A DNA stretch of 64,000 bases from Takakia lepidozioides (GCA_030704615.1 CM060731.1:77810001-77874000); one strand, 5' to 3'; shown: positions 36,160 to 51,699, counted from the stretch's first letter. Translations and numbers: made by a program. Notes: generated by a model not told the origin, from the sequence alone.

Positions 36160-39100
36160 TCAAAGCTCAGTGATCTGCTTCCCATGCACAAATTGCAAGA
36201 CAAGGGGAATAGTCCTTGATAATGCTGCTGCTGCCATTGACATATTCTCCAGAAATTCCTCCACCGTTGGCTTGTTCCCGTCCACAATATCCGTCACAGC
36301 CTTCATTGCGAGAAATGGGACTGAAGTTAGGTTGGCCACGTAAGCCACCGCAGCACCCTACACCAAGAACCATACACACACATCGATTCACCATTTCCTT
36401 TTGCAAATGAGCCACAAAATACACATCCCAACAGTTTCCCCAATCCTTGAACACAAGTTCTTGAGATTGAAGTTACAGGTACACCAGGCGTCGATATCTC
36501 TGTTCATAATGAGAAACTGAACTCCTGATTAAACTAGTCGGTCACAACAAACCTTGGGTGCACATGCATCCCTGGAATTTGAAGGGACGTCACCAATGAA
36601 GCCAACAGGAAGGATTGTGAGGACAAACCTCCATGTCCTTAATGGTGGCGTCATTGGCCTTGATAATCTCTTCATCTTCATGGGTCATATCAAGAGAGTT
36701 CCCTGTCGATAGCTTCCCAACCTGGCATTCCAGCGGACCACCAAATAAGCTCTTAGGGAGAGTAGGTGTGTGACATACTCTTGTCTCCTGTCTCCATGCA
36801 GCTTAAAACAAGAAAGGTGGACCAAAAGTACAAGAGTGGGGGGGATTTTACTGCCCATTAAATGCCAGTGTAAGGCACCAAACACACAGCAGCTGTCAGG
36901 ATCCCCTCTACCAATTCATTCATCAAACTTCTGAAAAACCGATCTATCTAGTAACGACAGAACTGTGAGGGCAAACTACATTACTTTCAGGTACACGCGG
37001 CATACATGGGACCCTCCCAAGACCAATGTGAGCTGCACAGGAGGGTATTCTTGAAAATTGAAAACTAATATCATGTTGATGACATTTAAACACACCTTGA
37101 GCCCAATAGAATGGACCAAATTGGGTGCCGGGGTCGCCACAATAGTCCCAATTCCATACTTATCAAAAATCTGCCAAGATATGGGGGAAAGACATCAGCT
37201 ATTATCCTCACGATTAAAGAAAATTGACACCCTCCTGTGCTCCTGACAGCTTTCAGTGCATACACCAACTGCTAACAACAACTTGAACTATGCTCATTTG
37301 TTGCCAAGGGGACCAGCTCTGTTGAGTGACGTTCTCATCCTGTATTCACATGCCAAATACTAGGTGGTTGTCCCAGGTATGCTACAATATCATGGACCTG
37401 GGTGTACCTAGCTCTGAAAGACAGTAATACAATGCTTTATACTGCATACGTACAGGGATCGGTATCCTGCGATCGTGGTTTGCCAACTCAGAAGCAACAT
37501 ACACATCCCCAATGGCTGCCCCCTTTGCCTGCCAAGTTTACAGAACCGATTAGCACCTGCCTAACACAGGCCTACTACAGGTATGCCTAACATTTTGATA
37601 GCAATTCCCTTCGTAACTGCACTCACAAACTCAACAAGGGCCCCACCTTTCTAGCAAAACCTGGTCTAATTTCCATCCCTTACGATGCACGTGAGGATTA
37701 CATTGGACACAGCATAGTTGAGCTAACATGACCTACTTCGGAACTCAAAACCCGTGTTCTGCAGGCCATTTCATCCAAATAACTGCACACGATTACCGAG
37801 AGACAGCAGAAAGGAAGTTGTCGTGGGGAGAGGGGGGGTGGGGAGGAGCATGGTGAAAGGAGAGCAGACAGTTGGTAACTATTATCATGGAACATTCATA
37901 CATAAAGTTGACATCGAGAAAGAGGGAGAGAGAGGGAACTGATCCATGAACTCCGAAAATTGATGCTGACTTACGCTATGGACGAGAAACTCTATTACAT
38001 ATCTAACCTACACTTGTTGAGTACTGGTATGAAACAAGCTTTCGAGGTGCTACAAACGTAGCCCACAGGTGTTTTGTTCCAGGGAGCATAGCCTGATAAG
38101 ATAATCATGGTGATGGAGTAGGGCACAAGACTAAGCTGATCAGAGCTTAGCAAGACAACAACAAGTACAGACCTTAAAGCCCCCTGCAGTGCCAGCATTG
38201 ATTATCAAGTCTGGAACAACAGCTTTAACACCAGCAAAGGTCAACAAGGCCGCAGGGACCGTGCCCACACTGTCCACCCCTGTCACAAATAGAAATATGA
38301 TGGATTGACGACACTGACATGTTCAAGAGATAAATCGAAGTGATCCTTTCTTTACAATGTGAAACATCAGATTCTGCAGCTTGGATCAAATTTCAAAGCA
38401 AAAGACACAGAAGAGTGATAGTCAGCCAAACTTAATATGGCATGTCTTTGAACATTTAGGGCAAACCCAGACCTAAACTGGCATCCTTCCCGGGGACGAC
38501 AATGTGCACAGTGAGCCCTTCATGAACTCCAGAGAACTTTTTCCATGGTACCCCTTTTGAAAATCTGCAATCCAAAAGATGAAAATTCTTAACCTAAACA
38601 AAAGCCACCCTTATTTCCCCCACCACTTCCTCACCTCTCACAAAGACAGATGATGTGGCTGCCCCATGAAACAGTCCAATTGAGAGGAAAAAAATTGACT
38701 ACTGAACGGAATGCGAAAAGACAGAGAAGTACATACGTAGAATTCTCGTCATCTTCCACAAGCTTTAGGGCTTCCACCACAGGAACTGCTTCCGCCTGCA
38801 TTGCTAATCCAATGATTTAAACCGAGGGTAAATGCCAATGAATTTAAGAAATATATCAGATGTCTATCAGCTCACACATCGAACAGTCCCGAAAAACCAG
38901 TTTCATCTAGGCATTGTCTCCAGAAGGTACGTAAAATTTCGCATGCTGGTGTGATTTGGCAGAATCTCGAGTTACACAGATAACAGACATAACTTTAGAG
39001 AGGTAGAGAGAGAGAGATTAGCATGCAGGCCGAGACATCAACGCAAGCTCAATGGCTCACTAACTATAGACTTCGTCAAATGCTCCAGTTCATAACCTTT

Positions 39101-39308
39101 ACAGTGAAAGAACTCGGTTGTTCTCAAGGACAACAGGCCCTTGAAATACTTACACGAAAGTGGCGGGAGTTGATTCTGCATAGTAAACTTAGAAAGGAAC
39201 GGATTATGCGAACATACATATGACCACTAGAACAGTGGAGATCGCGTCAGCAGTTGATGCCGCGCCTGCCCCCGCCGCTGCCCCACTCACTTCCTCTGCT
39301 CCGCCCAT
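36160..39308 (-). CDS. MTN: 5'-methylthioadenosine/S-adenosylhomocysteine nucleosidase, 8 exons
   Basis: Exons encode STVLVVISMQAEA, VDSVGTVPA, DLIINAGTAGGFK, HDRRIPIP, VFDKYGIG, KLSTGNSLDM...KDME and KAVTDIVDG. GT-AG junctions. Confidence 0.93.
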
Positions 39309-40554
39309 TGTCACTCTCTCTCACGGGAGACAAACTCTACAACCCAAAACAGTATACTACAACCCAAAAACTCCCTCTCCTTCTCACACTCTTTCTCTCT
39401 CCCTCTCTCCTCACCCTTTCTTTTCTACGGCTCTCACACTTCCCAACGCTTCGAGAAAAGATCTGTGGAGAGAAAAGGAACCCCACCCATTTCGGGCAAC
39501 CTTCCTTGCACTGAAAAAAGAAGGAACTTGAGAGCCAAGTTATGAAGCAACAACAATTGGGTCAACCAACCTTCAGGCCATCTTCAATCTACAAACCTTC
39601 CTCTAAGAAGGTTTACTGATAAAAAAGTTGCTGTTGAAGCATATGGACACATGTTGAAGGATTGAACCCAGGATCATCCAGATTATGCCTGCCAGAGATT
39701 CCAAATGTTTAAATGGTGGACTCCACAACTGAGGTGTTTCAAACCCTCCCTGGAAGCTTTGAAGGAAAAGATCAGAGCTACTCTTAGCCGGCATTGTGAG
39801 TATTGCGAGAGTGATGACAGTGTTCCGATGACTCCATGACACGCTGGTGAGAGAGCATCCTTTGCACAGAAGCGCCTAGGGAAGTTGGGCCATTTGACAT
39901 TCTGTCACAGAATCTTAGCAGGTCTAAAGTAAGTTGAGGAGCAGATGTGTTGGTAGTTTACTTGGGGGACAGGGTCCTCATGCAATCATCGTCCATTCCG
40001 TTTGATTGAGAGTTCTGCAATGCCTGCTGTTTTAGTGAAGTGGAGTAGTTGAGTTGTTCTTCAGACCTGTCGAAGTTCCATCGCCGCTACTTGAAACCAC
40101 AGGAAAAGAAGGAACAAGGGCTTTTCTGTGTCGAATATACTGGATCGGAACATTGTCTACACTGTCTTCAAGCCACAGGAAATTTTACTTCGATACAATT
40201 ATACACGTGCAACGAGTTGTCATCCGGATTGCACAGCTCAGTCCACAGTGAAGCAAGGAAGGGGAGAGAGAAAGGAAAGGAAACAATGATTGTGGTCCTG
40301 CCCAGCAAGCTTAGACTGGTCCTTCATCACCCCAAACAGCTCCTGGATACCATGGTGAGTACTGTTAGATAGATCCATTTCTTGAAAATCCATCCAAACT
40401 CTGGATAGACCAAATTGCATCTCTAATAACCTCCACAGGGAAGACAGAAATGCTCCCATGTTCCTTTGTGAGTCGTCCATGCTGTCAGGATCCCTCAAGG
40501 GATCAAATGGTAAGCCACTAATTGGCATGCTACTCACTAATCATGGCCAAAAAC

Positions 40555-43500
40555 TCAATCTAGGCCAATGAAATCTGCAACCAAGCGCGCTCCTGTCTTG
40601 TTGATGGAAGGTGGGGGCCCCACTCTCCCACCCAGATGTTTATGAAAGAGTTTCTCCACCCTTTGATACCAATCCATCATGTTTTGAGGACGTTCCAGGT
40701 AGTGGCCCTGCTTACACACAGCAAAAGGCACTCCATAAGATACACCACCTTCACTTCAATACTAGAGGTTGCAAGCACTGCTGGTTTGAGAGATTTCAAA
40801 CTTACCTCGTCTGTGTACACAAGGAATTGCACAGATTTCCCCTTTTCCCTCAAAGCCTGCCAAGACACAGACATGTGGCAACAAATCTAAGAATGGGCTA
40901 GATACTACTCAATATTGAGTGAGCTTCCACAAGGATTAACCAGCCATAAAATCTGCTAGAAACTAGTTCTACTCCATATATCCGTCGCTACTGTCCTGAG
41001 ATCCCGACCATCGGAATGCAAGGAGAGCAGTTCCATGTACATGGATGGCTACAGCCTAGTGAGACCTGGTAGATGTTGATCCCTGTTGATTTACTACAGG
41101 CTCCTCCCAAGTGGGATATGCAGAGAACAAACACTTCCAAGCTTAAGGTGTGACAAATTACATAATCGGTGTTGCAGGATGACCAGCAAACTCCGGCCAA
41201 GCAGTTTTTGGTGTTATTTTGTCTAACACCAATTCTTTGGTGTAAACAATGGTATCAATGCCGGAAAACAGGGTGGACTTAGCAGTTGGAAAGGAAGCAA
41301 TAGGTGCAGAGGTGAGCAATTCCTGCAGGAAACAACAAGATAAGGAAGTCCTATATTTTGCATGTAACCTCACTCTAAAAATGTATGCCAAAGGCATGCC
41401 ATAACTGAATGAAGTGCCATCATGCAGTGTTGTTTGAATGAACAGTAAGCCCATACCTCAAACATTCGGTCACTTTCTCCGGGATTGACAATAATGTCAT
41501 TGCCACCATGGGCCATAAGCAGTGGCACACAGATTTTATCCACCTACATAAAACCAGAACAGTGATAAGAGGCTCCTACACATGCACAAATTAGTATTCG
41601 CAAGACCAATGCATATTTACATTGCTTAACCCTTTTAGTGAGCGTGTCACTAGTGATTCTCCAACAAATCCTCAAAGCTGCCACTTTGAGGGAACTTATC
41701 TTCGTGATCCAAACTTGTAGACTCAGCAGTTACCAACTCCATTCTGAAGTGCAAGATTTTGGGCATTTTTTATGGGTTGCTCCAGTGCTACACTTACATG
41801 GAAGATCGGGGATCTGGCTCTGTTGAGCTCTGTGTCCTTGCTCAAATCTACCACCCTGTCACAGAGAATCTTCCGTTTCGGCTTCCTACAAATCTCAAAC
41901 AAGACATGTGATCAGAAAACATGATCTAATGTATGTAATGGCAAATGTATAGGTGGCTTATGAGAATGGGCAAAGAGAGATGAACTGATCGGCTATGATG
42001 TACCCTTGAGGATACAGTCCTGCAGAATACAAACTGTCCCAGCATCAGTTGTGCGATTTTATCCCATAGAGGGTATGATATGAGACAACCAGAACTTAAC
42101 ACTCATGCAAACAAACAACAATCCTGTTACAGAGAATTGAGTTTAGTTTTATGTGCATGCTGGCATGTGACCTCATACTAGACGGTATAGATTACTTCAG
42201 AACCATTGCTATGCCTTCTAACTGCACAGAGGCGTGACAATGTGCCTGTGCAAATGGTTGCAAAATAAGGAGCCAAAAGAACAGCATTGAAGATTGAGCA
42301 AGAAACACAGAGAACCTCACCAGTAAGGAACTATTTTAGTAGTCACTGTGAAGAGCTGCGACGGCCCAACCAATTCGGCAGCACATTTGTACAATTCTGC
42401 ATGGTAAACACAGCATGAGAGTTAAGAACTACTCCACTCATAAAACATAACGAACCCTGGAGAGGATAGCAGGACATACTGATTGAAATGCTTTGCTGGA
42501 CAAATGTACTGTACCGGGGGTGAAAGTGATTCCAGAAAGAGTGCAGAAGCCCCCAAAGGAGATCCCAGTGATGCCCACTCGCTCCTTGTCAGCATACCCT
42601 TCCTCAATTGCCCATTGCACCGCATCAGTTATGTCATTCTGTCTCCAGCCACACACCCCAGACCAAATTCCTCCTCTCAACACCCTGTTATTCAGAAGTC
42701 ACTTGAAGAGCAATGAAAGAGTTTGGGAGAGAACTATTTGAGCATTGCAAGAGTGAAATGTTGAGGTTCATTAAAATTTAAGAGCAGTCACAGCCTGTCA
42801 CAGTTCTTGAGGAACTTTCAGCAGCAAGGTTGGTTGCTCTGCAACCAAGCTGCCCTGGTCATCTGTAACACCACAAATGAGAGTTCCTCTGCTGGAAACT
42901 TGTGCCTGAATGAACCAGCATTTTGAAGACAAAACTACAAAATATCCTTGGTAGTGCCTTTCATGCTCACAGCGACTGCTGCTACTACAGTGATCTAATG
43001 TAATGTCAATTTAAATGAGAGCAGAGATGACATAATGAGGTGCTCCTGGTCAGGGTGGTAGCTTGGTTTGTACCTGCATGGTGCCAGCCCATTGCTTGTC
43101 ACCAGCATGAAGAAACTTCTTACCAAATCCATCAGATCCTCTGTATTGCACCTGCAGGCAAGCTGTCCAACAGACACTCCAAAGCCTGCATCAGTACAAT
43201 ATCTCTCCCCCTCCTCCCCATCCTTCTCCCAAAATTTTCTGTCTCTCTCCTGACATACTATATTTCTTATAACACCTGCTCACCTGTGCCCAAAAACAAT
43301 TTTGGCATGGGCCCTGAGTATCCAGAAATCCAAGTTACAAGATTCTTTCAGGCTAATGGTAGAAACCTCTAACCATTGCATCAGTCATGCGAACACTCCT
43401 AACCATAGAGCTCTACTGAAGAAAGAAGATGGGAGTTTAGAACAAAATACCATAGCCGCGCGTTGCCCAGAACTGGTTTTCAGCATCCCAGCCCCACCAG

Positions 43501-46500
43501 TCTCGGTACCATGGGCCCCCGTGAATTCGAAGTACCAAAGGCAACTTTTTGGGCTGCCAAAGACATCAATAAGCACTCCATCAGGAGAGGGAAAGACTTT
43601 CTCAGCTCTTTAGGAAACTGTCACTAGGTCTCAAATCACATTCCAGGTCACAAAATACAAACCAACATGAGACGCATCTGGCCAGCGGACAGCATTTCTG
43701 CAACCACCGTATGCCAGGAGAAGAGGAAACCCCAGGCACAATGGGGGCATTCCAGTTTTGCCCAAATGACCCACACATGCCCTTCACTCAGTCTGACAGC
43801 AGTAGGGGCAAGCCAAGACGAGAGCTCCCTACCTTAATCCCAGGTGGCAAGGTAAGGTACACCAGAATGTCCAGGCCATCTCTTGACTTCAACACATGGG
43901 AGTGCGTTGTGCCCAACTTATACCTGCAGTAACACTACCATTGTGGTCAAGGCCTCAAACAAGCAGTTCTGTTGGAGACTTCTCTTTTGTTGAACATATG
44001 AGCCTCTCTACATCCAGCAATGATGAAGAACCAGGCTCCTACTGGATTTGTTGGCCTTACCTGACGACGCGACGCCAGCCTAACAGCTCATTCTTCAAGT
44101 TGTATTTTACAATAAGAGATCCAACCACATGGTATCACACTGGAGTAAAGAAAAGGCTGTACAGTATTTCAAAACCAATGTATGCCCTTGCCTCAATTTG
44201 CTCTTCCAGCAGAACCCAAAAATCACGGACAACTGGGAGGAGGATTAATGTATCCTTAGAGCAGAAAACCAAAAGTGGCAGGTCTTCAAAACAACCCATA
44301 ATAGGGACCTCAATGACTACACATACTCTTTCAATGTAGGATGATGCTCAAAGAGCAGAGACAGCTTCTTGGATTCTCGGTTGTACAAGTAGCTCTCACT
44401 GGTCCCATCATCAATCTCGTAAGTCACCACCCACCTGCATACCACAGCTTTCAACTTAGGTGAATCCATGTAGCTGCTTGTAAGTCTTTAACCTTAAAGT
44501 TCAAAAAGTGCATGAGTAATCCATTGGCAGAAAAACTGGTTCTGTGCAAGTTATTTTCAGTTTTCTTTATTGTCAGAGTTAATTTTTGACTTCATGTCAA
44601 TGCAATCTGTGGAGAGTTTCCCCTCAACCGCCGTCTGTATCAAGACAAATATTGCTTGTAGAAGGTTGTTGTGTGATTAGGGGAATCCCTTTTTGAGGGG
44701 CAACATGTGAGTGGCTCAGCTTCATAATACTATTCTCCTTGATGTTACGTGTGCAGCCATATGTTGGTCACATACAAGTACTGAAATCAACCTGAATCTC
44801 CAGCAACAGGGCGCACACGTAAGAGACATTCTGCCAAGTATGGTCTTGGATGGTGCCAGAGTCATCGACTAATCCAGAATGAGTTGTCAATCCCTGAAAA
44901 TAAGAGTGTGGCCAACACTTCTGGAACGAAAACGACAGGTTGAGGAGGTTACATAGCATAGCTTAGAGTCTGGCAAGAAGAGAATGATGTGAGGACCCAG
45001 GAGGTACTTGAGATTTTGGCGATCCCGGCTGCCTATAGTCATTTGGCCCCTCTTGAAGCTTGTCAGCAAGTCAAAGTCTTCCTTCACACTGCAGGAAACT
45101 CAAATGTACCAAATCATCATAAACAGAGCACCTACAGTACAAATGTAACTTAGAAAAACAGACACTGAAGGATAATGTGACAGTTGCAAGAGAATAATGT
45201 GACAACTGATGATAATGTGAATGTTCGCTTGACATAGGTCATCCAAAGCATAGTGACAGTGAGTCAGGAGGTGCGCTACCTGCAGTGGAGAATGGTCCAT
45301 TTGAGGCTGCCATGATAAAAAGCTACTGCCAGATATTCCTTGGTTCGGAAATCCATAAAAAGCACCTTTGACAGGACATGTTTGATGGGCATGAGATCAC
45401 TCTTTGGATCTGATGCTATAACTTGCTCCACAGACCCATCATCCGTGTTGATCTGTGCATGCTCCAACACCTTGTTTAACTGACTCATCAAATAGTGATT
45501 GAAGATTTTCTCTCAACAGACATTCCAAATCTGTGTGCAATTGGAGTCTTTCTCTGCTTATTTTCTGCCTCTGGTTTTGTTTCCTCTCTCATGTTTTTTT
45601 TCCATTTTGTCCCATAAGCTCTTTGAGCTTTCTGTGGACGTTATAAAGTACCATTTCATTTCATTTCATTTCATTTCTGCAGACCGTACAACTTTGGTTT
45701 AATCCTCAATTGCAAGAGATCTGTCACACCATTCAACCACATTTGATGGCCATGACTCTCTCGAACATCCTCTCTTAAGAGCAAGGAAGGAATAATGTAC
45801 CTAAGTGCATCTAGAGCTTAAAGATTACAGAATGGCACAAGCAGGAAGAGCATGCCAGTAGGATATGGTCTTGATAAACCTGGACCAAGCATCCACAGAC
45901 TGAGGTTTCCAACAAGAGAGGAGAGAAATTGCACCAAGAGTAACCGTGTTGTTTCAGAATTGAGAGACGATAACACATACAGCTGCTTCGGGTTGGCTGC
46001 AAATCCCACCTGCACACATATGGAGGACTCCCTCTCATGCTCTTATACTTCCAGAAAACCATTTGAGAAATTACTTGCAAGTAAAACCCTGTGTCTACCC
46101 AAAATATATAACAACTTCCAGTCGGAGGTAATTCCATAACCTAGAAGAGCCATGAGATCCAGCTTTTAGCTAGCAGCCAACAAAGACAATGACATAAGGC
46201 GATAAGAAATGAGAAGATACTGTTGTTCATGATGCAACCAACAGTAGAGAGGAAAGGAGACAGAGACATGTAAGAAATCTTTAATATGTAGTTACCATGC
46301 TTCCCTGGTCTTGCGATGACCACTGCAACACATCTCTCCAATCCGCATCGACTAAGTCACGCACACGTATGGCAAAGCTTCCATCAGAGAGGTTGTAGGT
46401 CAAAGCCCCGCGGATGTGGAACTGACTGTCACACAGCCAGTCTGACACATTCCCTGGATTTTGTGTGTCTAGTACTGTCTCACCTGTTTTGAAATTCACT

Positions 46501-48171
46501 TTGTACTGCAAGTGACATGAGAACAAGGAAATGTGAGAGAATTCCTTGCCTGTTCCAATGCACACACACAGGCTCATTTCTCTTCCATTATGGATAGGTG
46601 AGAGCAATATCCCAGCAAACACTCTTTTCAATTAGAGATACACATTCAGTTTGAACCGAAGGTAGAAGCCCACATAATATTAGTTTTAAAGCTGTGCATC
46701 TCATTAGCCAGAGAAAGAAATACTTACAACATCAAAGTCTGTTTTGTCACGGATGTTCATACAGAGGAACACTTCATATGGATGAGCACCACTAATGCTG
46801 CTTAGTATTAGTTTGGATTGCACATTATCATATGGTGTCAAGTCTCGGATCTTGCCAGTGGCCAACTCCACTGCATAATGATGCCAGTCCTCATCCCCTA
46901 TATTTCATAACCCTGGAGGGTTAGCAATGCCCAGTAGATTGTCGGGACAGATGCACGAGACACTAGCTGACTCTTCCCTGGATGTCTCAAAATCCATGCT
47001 CGGTTATGCTACCAGCCCCATGATTTCAAACAAACGGCATTATGAGGAAACAGTTTAGTTGTCCCTTAATTGATCAGTCTGTTCAACAAAAGGAACTTTC
47101 CATGGCCCAAAACCCCAAGATACTCCCAAGGTCTGAAAATGATCATTTTAGAAAATTTCTCCTGAATGCCTGTTTGGTGCTGAGGTGCAGTCAATCTATG
47201 ATATTTCACAATCTAGAAGGAAAATTAGAAATGGGAAGGACAAACCTGGAAGTATCCTATCACCCATTAATACTGCCCTATTGGACAACAAGACTACTAA
47301 ACAGAGGGCTTTAGCAAGGTAAGGTTGTGGGACTGTCAATAAATACCTCCATTATCCTTCTTGAAAATGATGTACTCTGCTGTCGGACTCCAGATGTACC
47401 AGTGAAGCTGCAGCACCAACTCTTTAGCTTAGTAACCTGGATAGCCCTCATACTAAAATAGATTTCATCTAAATCAGACAATCCTTAGTGAACATTCTAC
47501 TTCCAAGACAGCCTTAGAGGGGGTCAACTTCTGTTGGCTTCACTGATAGATAAGGTGCCCAAACCAGCTAGTTAGCCTGAAAAGCCTCCCTAGAAGCCTG
47601 GTCATGGTCCAAACACATTACCCCACGATGTGTCTCCCGCGTCACCATCCTCGCATCTGCATCTGTGCCATTGAGGGCACGCACCCACTTCCCACAACAC
47701 AAAAACGCGTTACTAAGTTAGCTTAGCTTAAATGAACAGGGACTTCAAAGTGAGAAATGTTCCTGAGACAGCAGCTCTTTTGAATAGCCAGACCAAACGT
47801 CTTCAACTACTCCACATTCTTGAGTTCTAGGAAATTCTATGCGTATGCCGCCTTTTATTACAGCAGTCAGCAGGGTAAGGGGGACCCAAACATAGCCATA
47901 GCAGGTCACCAAGTCTAGGAAAACTAAGTGGAAAATTAAATTAGAAGGTCGTGATGATCATGCATTAAAAATTTCTCTCTGGAGGGAGCCAATGAGGTAT
48001 CAAGCATACTCTATACCACATTGAGAACATTGTCAGAGGAGGGACCAAGATATGCAAGATGCTGGCCGTCTGGTGAGAGCCTAGGCTGCTCCTTCTGATA
48101 CGCAAACAGCACCTCCATAGGTATTACAGTGGGACCGGAGCCATTCACTGCATTGGTACTGGAGCCATTCA
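40555..48171 (-). CDS. Prolyl oligopeptidase family S9 peptidase of bacterial dipeptidyl-aminopeptidase type, at least 18 exons; 5' end uncertain
   Basis: Exons encode PRLSPDGQHLAY, GDEDWH...IRDLTP, DTQNPGNV, IHGGPWYRDWWG, QYRGSDGFGK, GISFGG (Ser), HGGND (Asp) and YTDE/GH (His). Stop at 40557-40555. Possible extra 5' exons near 48650-48720 and 48850-49003. Confidence 0.9.
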
Positions 48172-51100
48172 CTGTTTACAACAAAGTGTAACAAAATCTC
48201 AATTTCACCTCAATGGTAGATCATTTTGGTGGGAAAACTTTAGGCTATTGTGCATTCATTTACAGTCAAGATTGAATATGTGTATAGTTAGCTGACGGTA
48301 AGTGTCTTCATGTATATGCATAGATGTCTTGTCTTTGCCCAGGCTTCAGAACTAATTCAAGCTTGTTGTGGTACACTTTAGCTTTCCTCTGGACCATGAA
48401 GATCTACTTGGATTTGAGTATCCCTATAGACTCCCAAGTCCCATATAATTAAGATCACTGACACAGAAGGTGGTTCAGCTTTTTGCCAGCACATAATAGC
48501 TAGAGGGCTTGCAAGATGAGTTGAACAACAAATTAGAAATCTAACAGCAGAGCTCACCTACCAAGCAGTCTGTCACACACAATTTGAAAAATACAATGCT
48601 AGCCAGCCCAGCTACAGTGGGAACCAAATTCTCGCCTTTCATGAAATCCTACCAGAGAGGTACATGTCATCGCCATTGATCATGCAATGAGATGATTCTG
48701 GTGCCCAGAAAGGGTTTACCTGCATTCTCCCCTTGAATCTCTGTTTTCTATCTTCTTTATGTTGATATTAATGCTGGAGTGAAACATCTTACACTTTCCA
48801 CTTCAGTTTCATTGAGCTACAGACTAAGCATATATTCTAATTTGGACAACCTTGAGATCTTTAGAATGACATCCTGGTAGGCCATTCCAGCCGATAGAGC
48901 ATCGTACAGCCCCGGCCCCACTAGAGGGGAACACATTTTGCAGGAGGTTTATGACCGCGATTGACTGGGAACTTGCCTTTTGAGTGTTGCGTCCCATTTC
49001 CATTGCTGTAACCAACAGTCATTTTGCTCCACACCCTCCTCTGCGTCTTCAAGCCTATGTGTCCACTGTACCCAGACAGCGAACAGTATTGTCAGATAAA
49101 GCGAGTTAGTTACGTCCAGAATCCCACCGTGGTTTTTTGCTTAACCCCCAGAGAGGGTCAGCCTAGAAAATCTAACTTGGTGGATCCAGTGCATTAAAGT
49201 TCCTCTACACTGGAGCTCTCTGAGTTAGGAGACGTTAGTCCCCAAGCAATGTAGATCCAGACTTTGGTCGTAGGAGTCCATCAAGTAACGAACGACACAA
49301 TGTGACTTTAAATAATGCATCATGACTCTCTCTCTCTCTCTCTCTCTCCCTCTCTCCCTCTCTCTCTCTCGCGAAGAATAAAAAAGTCACAACCATTTCA
49401 TTTGGCTGACGACTTCCCAGTTTACCACTTCACAAAGTTATGTTTGTGAGAACATACAATGCCGGGAGATTGCAAGTTGCATGAATCTGACTACGAAGAC
49501 GGGTCCCCCAGTCCCGTTCAGTCTCCAGTAAAGTGACACAGCATTATGGGGAGTCCCATTCCTCCGCAGCTGCTCAACAGCAGTTAAGTGCCATACACTT
49601 GAAGTTATTTCTCTCTGGGTGATGTGGTCAAGCTTCTGACTCACCGTGATGGATTTCCCAAAATAACGTAGAAATTTCATTCTCCCCCACCTTTCATTTG
49701 ACAGCATGTGAGCAACAGGCCTCCAGAGAGGTGTAGAAGGGAGGATAAAGTTCCTACAGGGAATGGCTGGAATCCGAAACAAAAAAGCCCAATGCCCACA
49801 TGATCAGATACAGCTGCAGCTTTGCAGCCTCAGATCCAAGGATGGCATTTCTCTTTCTTTCTCTACTAAGTCGTTCTATGTGTGTGTCCCTTCGTCCTTC
49901 TGGAGTGGTTAAGGTCTTTCTTTTTTTTCCCTCGCTCTCTCTCTCTCTCCCTCACACCGCACACACAGACACATTTTGAGCACTGAGAATGCAGCCGACG
50001 TGAACGAATGCACCAATGCCAAGGGAATCATTTGCATCAAAACCAACTCAACCCACCTAAACTTCTCCTCCAATAAAGACCGGAAGATCCTTCTGTACCA
50101 CTTGAGAACTCTTCTGTATCACTCGACAACTAATCTGAACGTGAGAAGCTACTCCTTCTCTCTCAGAGAAGCAAATAGCGTCTCTCCAAAACCCGCGCGA
50201 CATCCAACAACAAAGACTGACCAGCAGCAGTTATGAACCAAAGCCCCATTAATGCGGCTTAGAGTTCAATCCTCATCTCTCTCAGAGAATTAGCAATAGC
50301 GAATTTCATACTCAATCTGATGAGTACAAAGCTGTGCTAACCAACCCACCTCACACCGGATGGTGGGTGCGACCAACTATCACGGCCTCCTTTTCGGTGT
50401 GACTTCATGACTCATGACACCATAAAAGTGCCTGGAAAGTCCACAGAGACAGTGACTTGTAGCTTCAGGGCAGATGGTGGTTGTTGGCGGTTGTTGGCGG
50501 TTGTTAGTTGCTATGAAAATCAATTGGGTGGTGTGTGTCAGAGATGCTGGTTCTTCTGCAACGAAAAATGACAACTCAACCAAATCCAGGCTTAGGTGTC
50601 CGGAATGCTAAACCCAGGAGCTCTCTAGCCTACCACCAAGTGCCAACAAGTAGAGGTCAGATTTAAAGTGAAATGCTCCTCAGAAGTGAATGCTCCTCAG
50701 AGATTATTTTGGAAAGTATGAATGAATAAGAAACAGTCCCGGGCCAACCCACCACCTTTTTATGGCTAGGGATGGGCAACCAGCCCCAAGTGGACAACAG
50801 TGATAGTTTTATAGCTACTTGCTGTAGAGAGACTAGAGAACCCCCAATCAATAAGAAGTGAATGCATCATTAGTGACTGTAACTCCCAGTATCACAGTAA
50901 CCCAATCACAAGTCTCCAAGACAACAGAAACCTGCTGGATTCTGAACAGTGCACGATGGCAGGAAGTTACAAAATCAATGGGGAGTGTGGCATCCTCAAA
51001 TCGTGCGAGTCGTGGAGGCAAAGGAGTCATAGAAGAGTGGGTTCAAGCAGCCATAACTTTCTTGATCCAGTTGGCGGCGATTGAAGAGCTGCAATTGTTG

Positions 51101-51699
51101 GTGCATGAGCCCCCGGAAATAAGTTAGAGGGCGCTGCGAAATTAGTGGGTGACAAGCTCCCATGGATCGATTGCATCTATACTTCCAGGTTAGACTTCCT
51201 GGCAACTGACTCAGGGAACTTACCTTGCAGTGCTCAGAAAAGGGACTCGAGATTCAACAACAGAAGTTGAAAGCAGAACTTCAGAAAAACAATTGAACAG
51301 AAGAAGACCTTAAGTCTTTAAAAGAAGCAAAACAAAATAGACCTAATATGTGTAAAAGACATAAATAAAATCAAAAGGAGAACACTATATGAATGATAAA
51401 CGCTACCTCATAAGATATTGACTCAACCCTATAAGACTCCCCTAAACAGCCGAGTCATCAAAAAAGGTATCTGGTGCAATGGATGCTATTTACGCATATC
51501 TATTTTTCCGAGGTACCTTTTTTCAAAATATTGGACCGGCTGATCTACGAGCTGTTGATGTGAAGTTCATTCAGTACAAAAGAACTGCAAAAACTTGTAG
51601 TAATTCACCAAGGCACCGAAACACATATAGTATCTACGTAGGTGGACAATACGGTTGATGGCATGCCTCTTGAAAGCCAATAATAAAATGACACTATTG

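Noticed and set aside
49438-51300. ORFs upstream of the S9 peptidase
   Set aside because: They may be 5' UTR or N-terminal exons but cannot be linked in frame with confidence.
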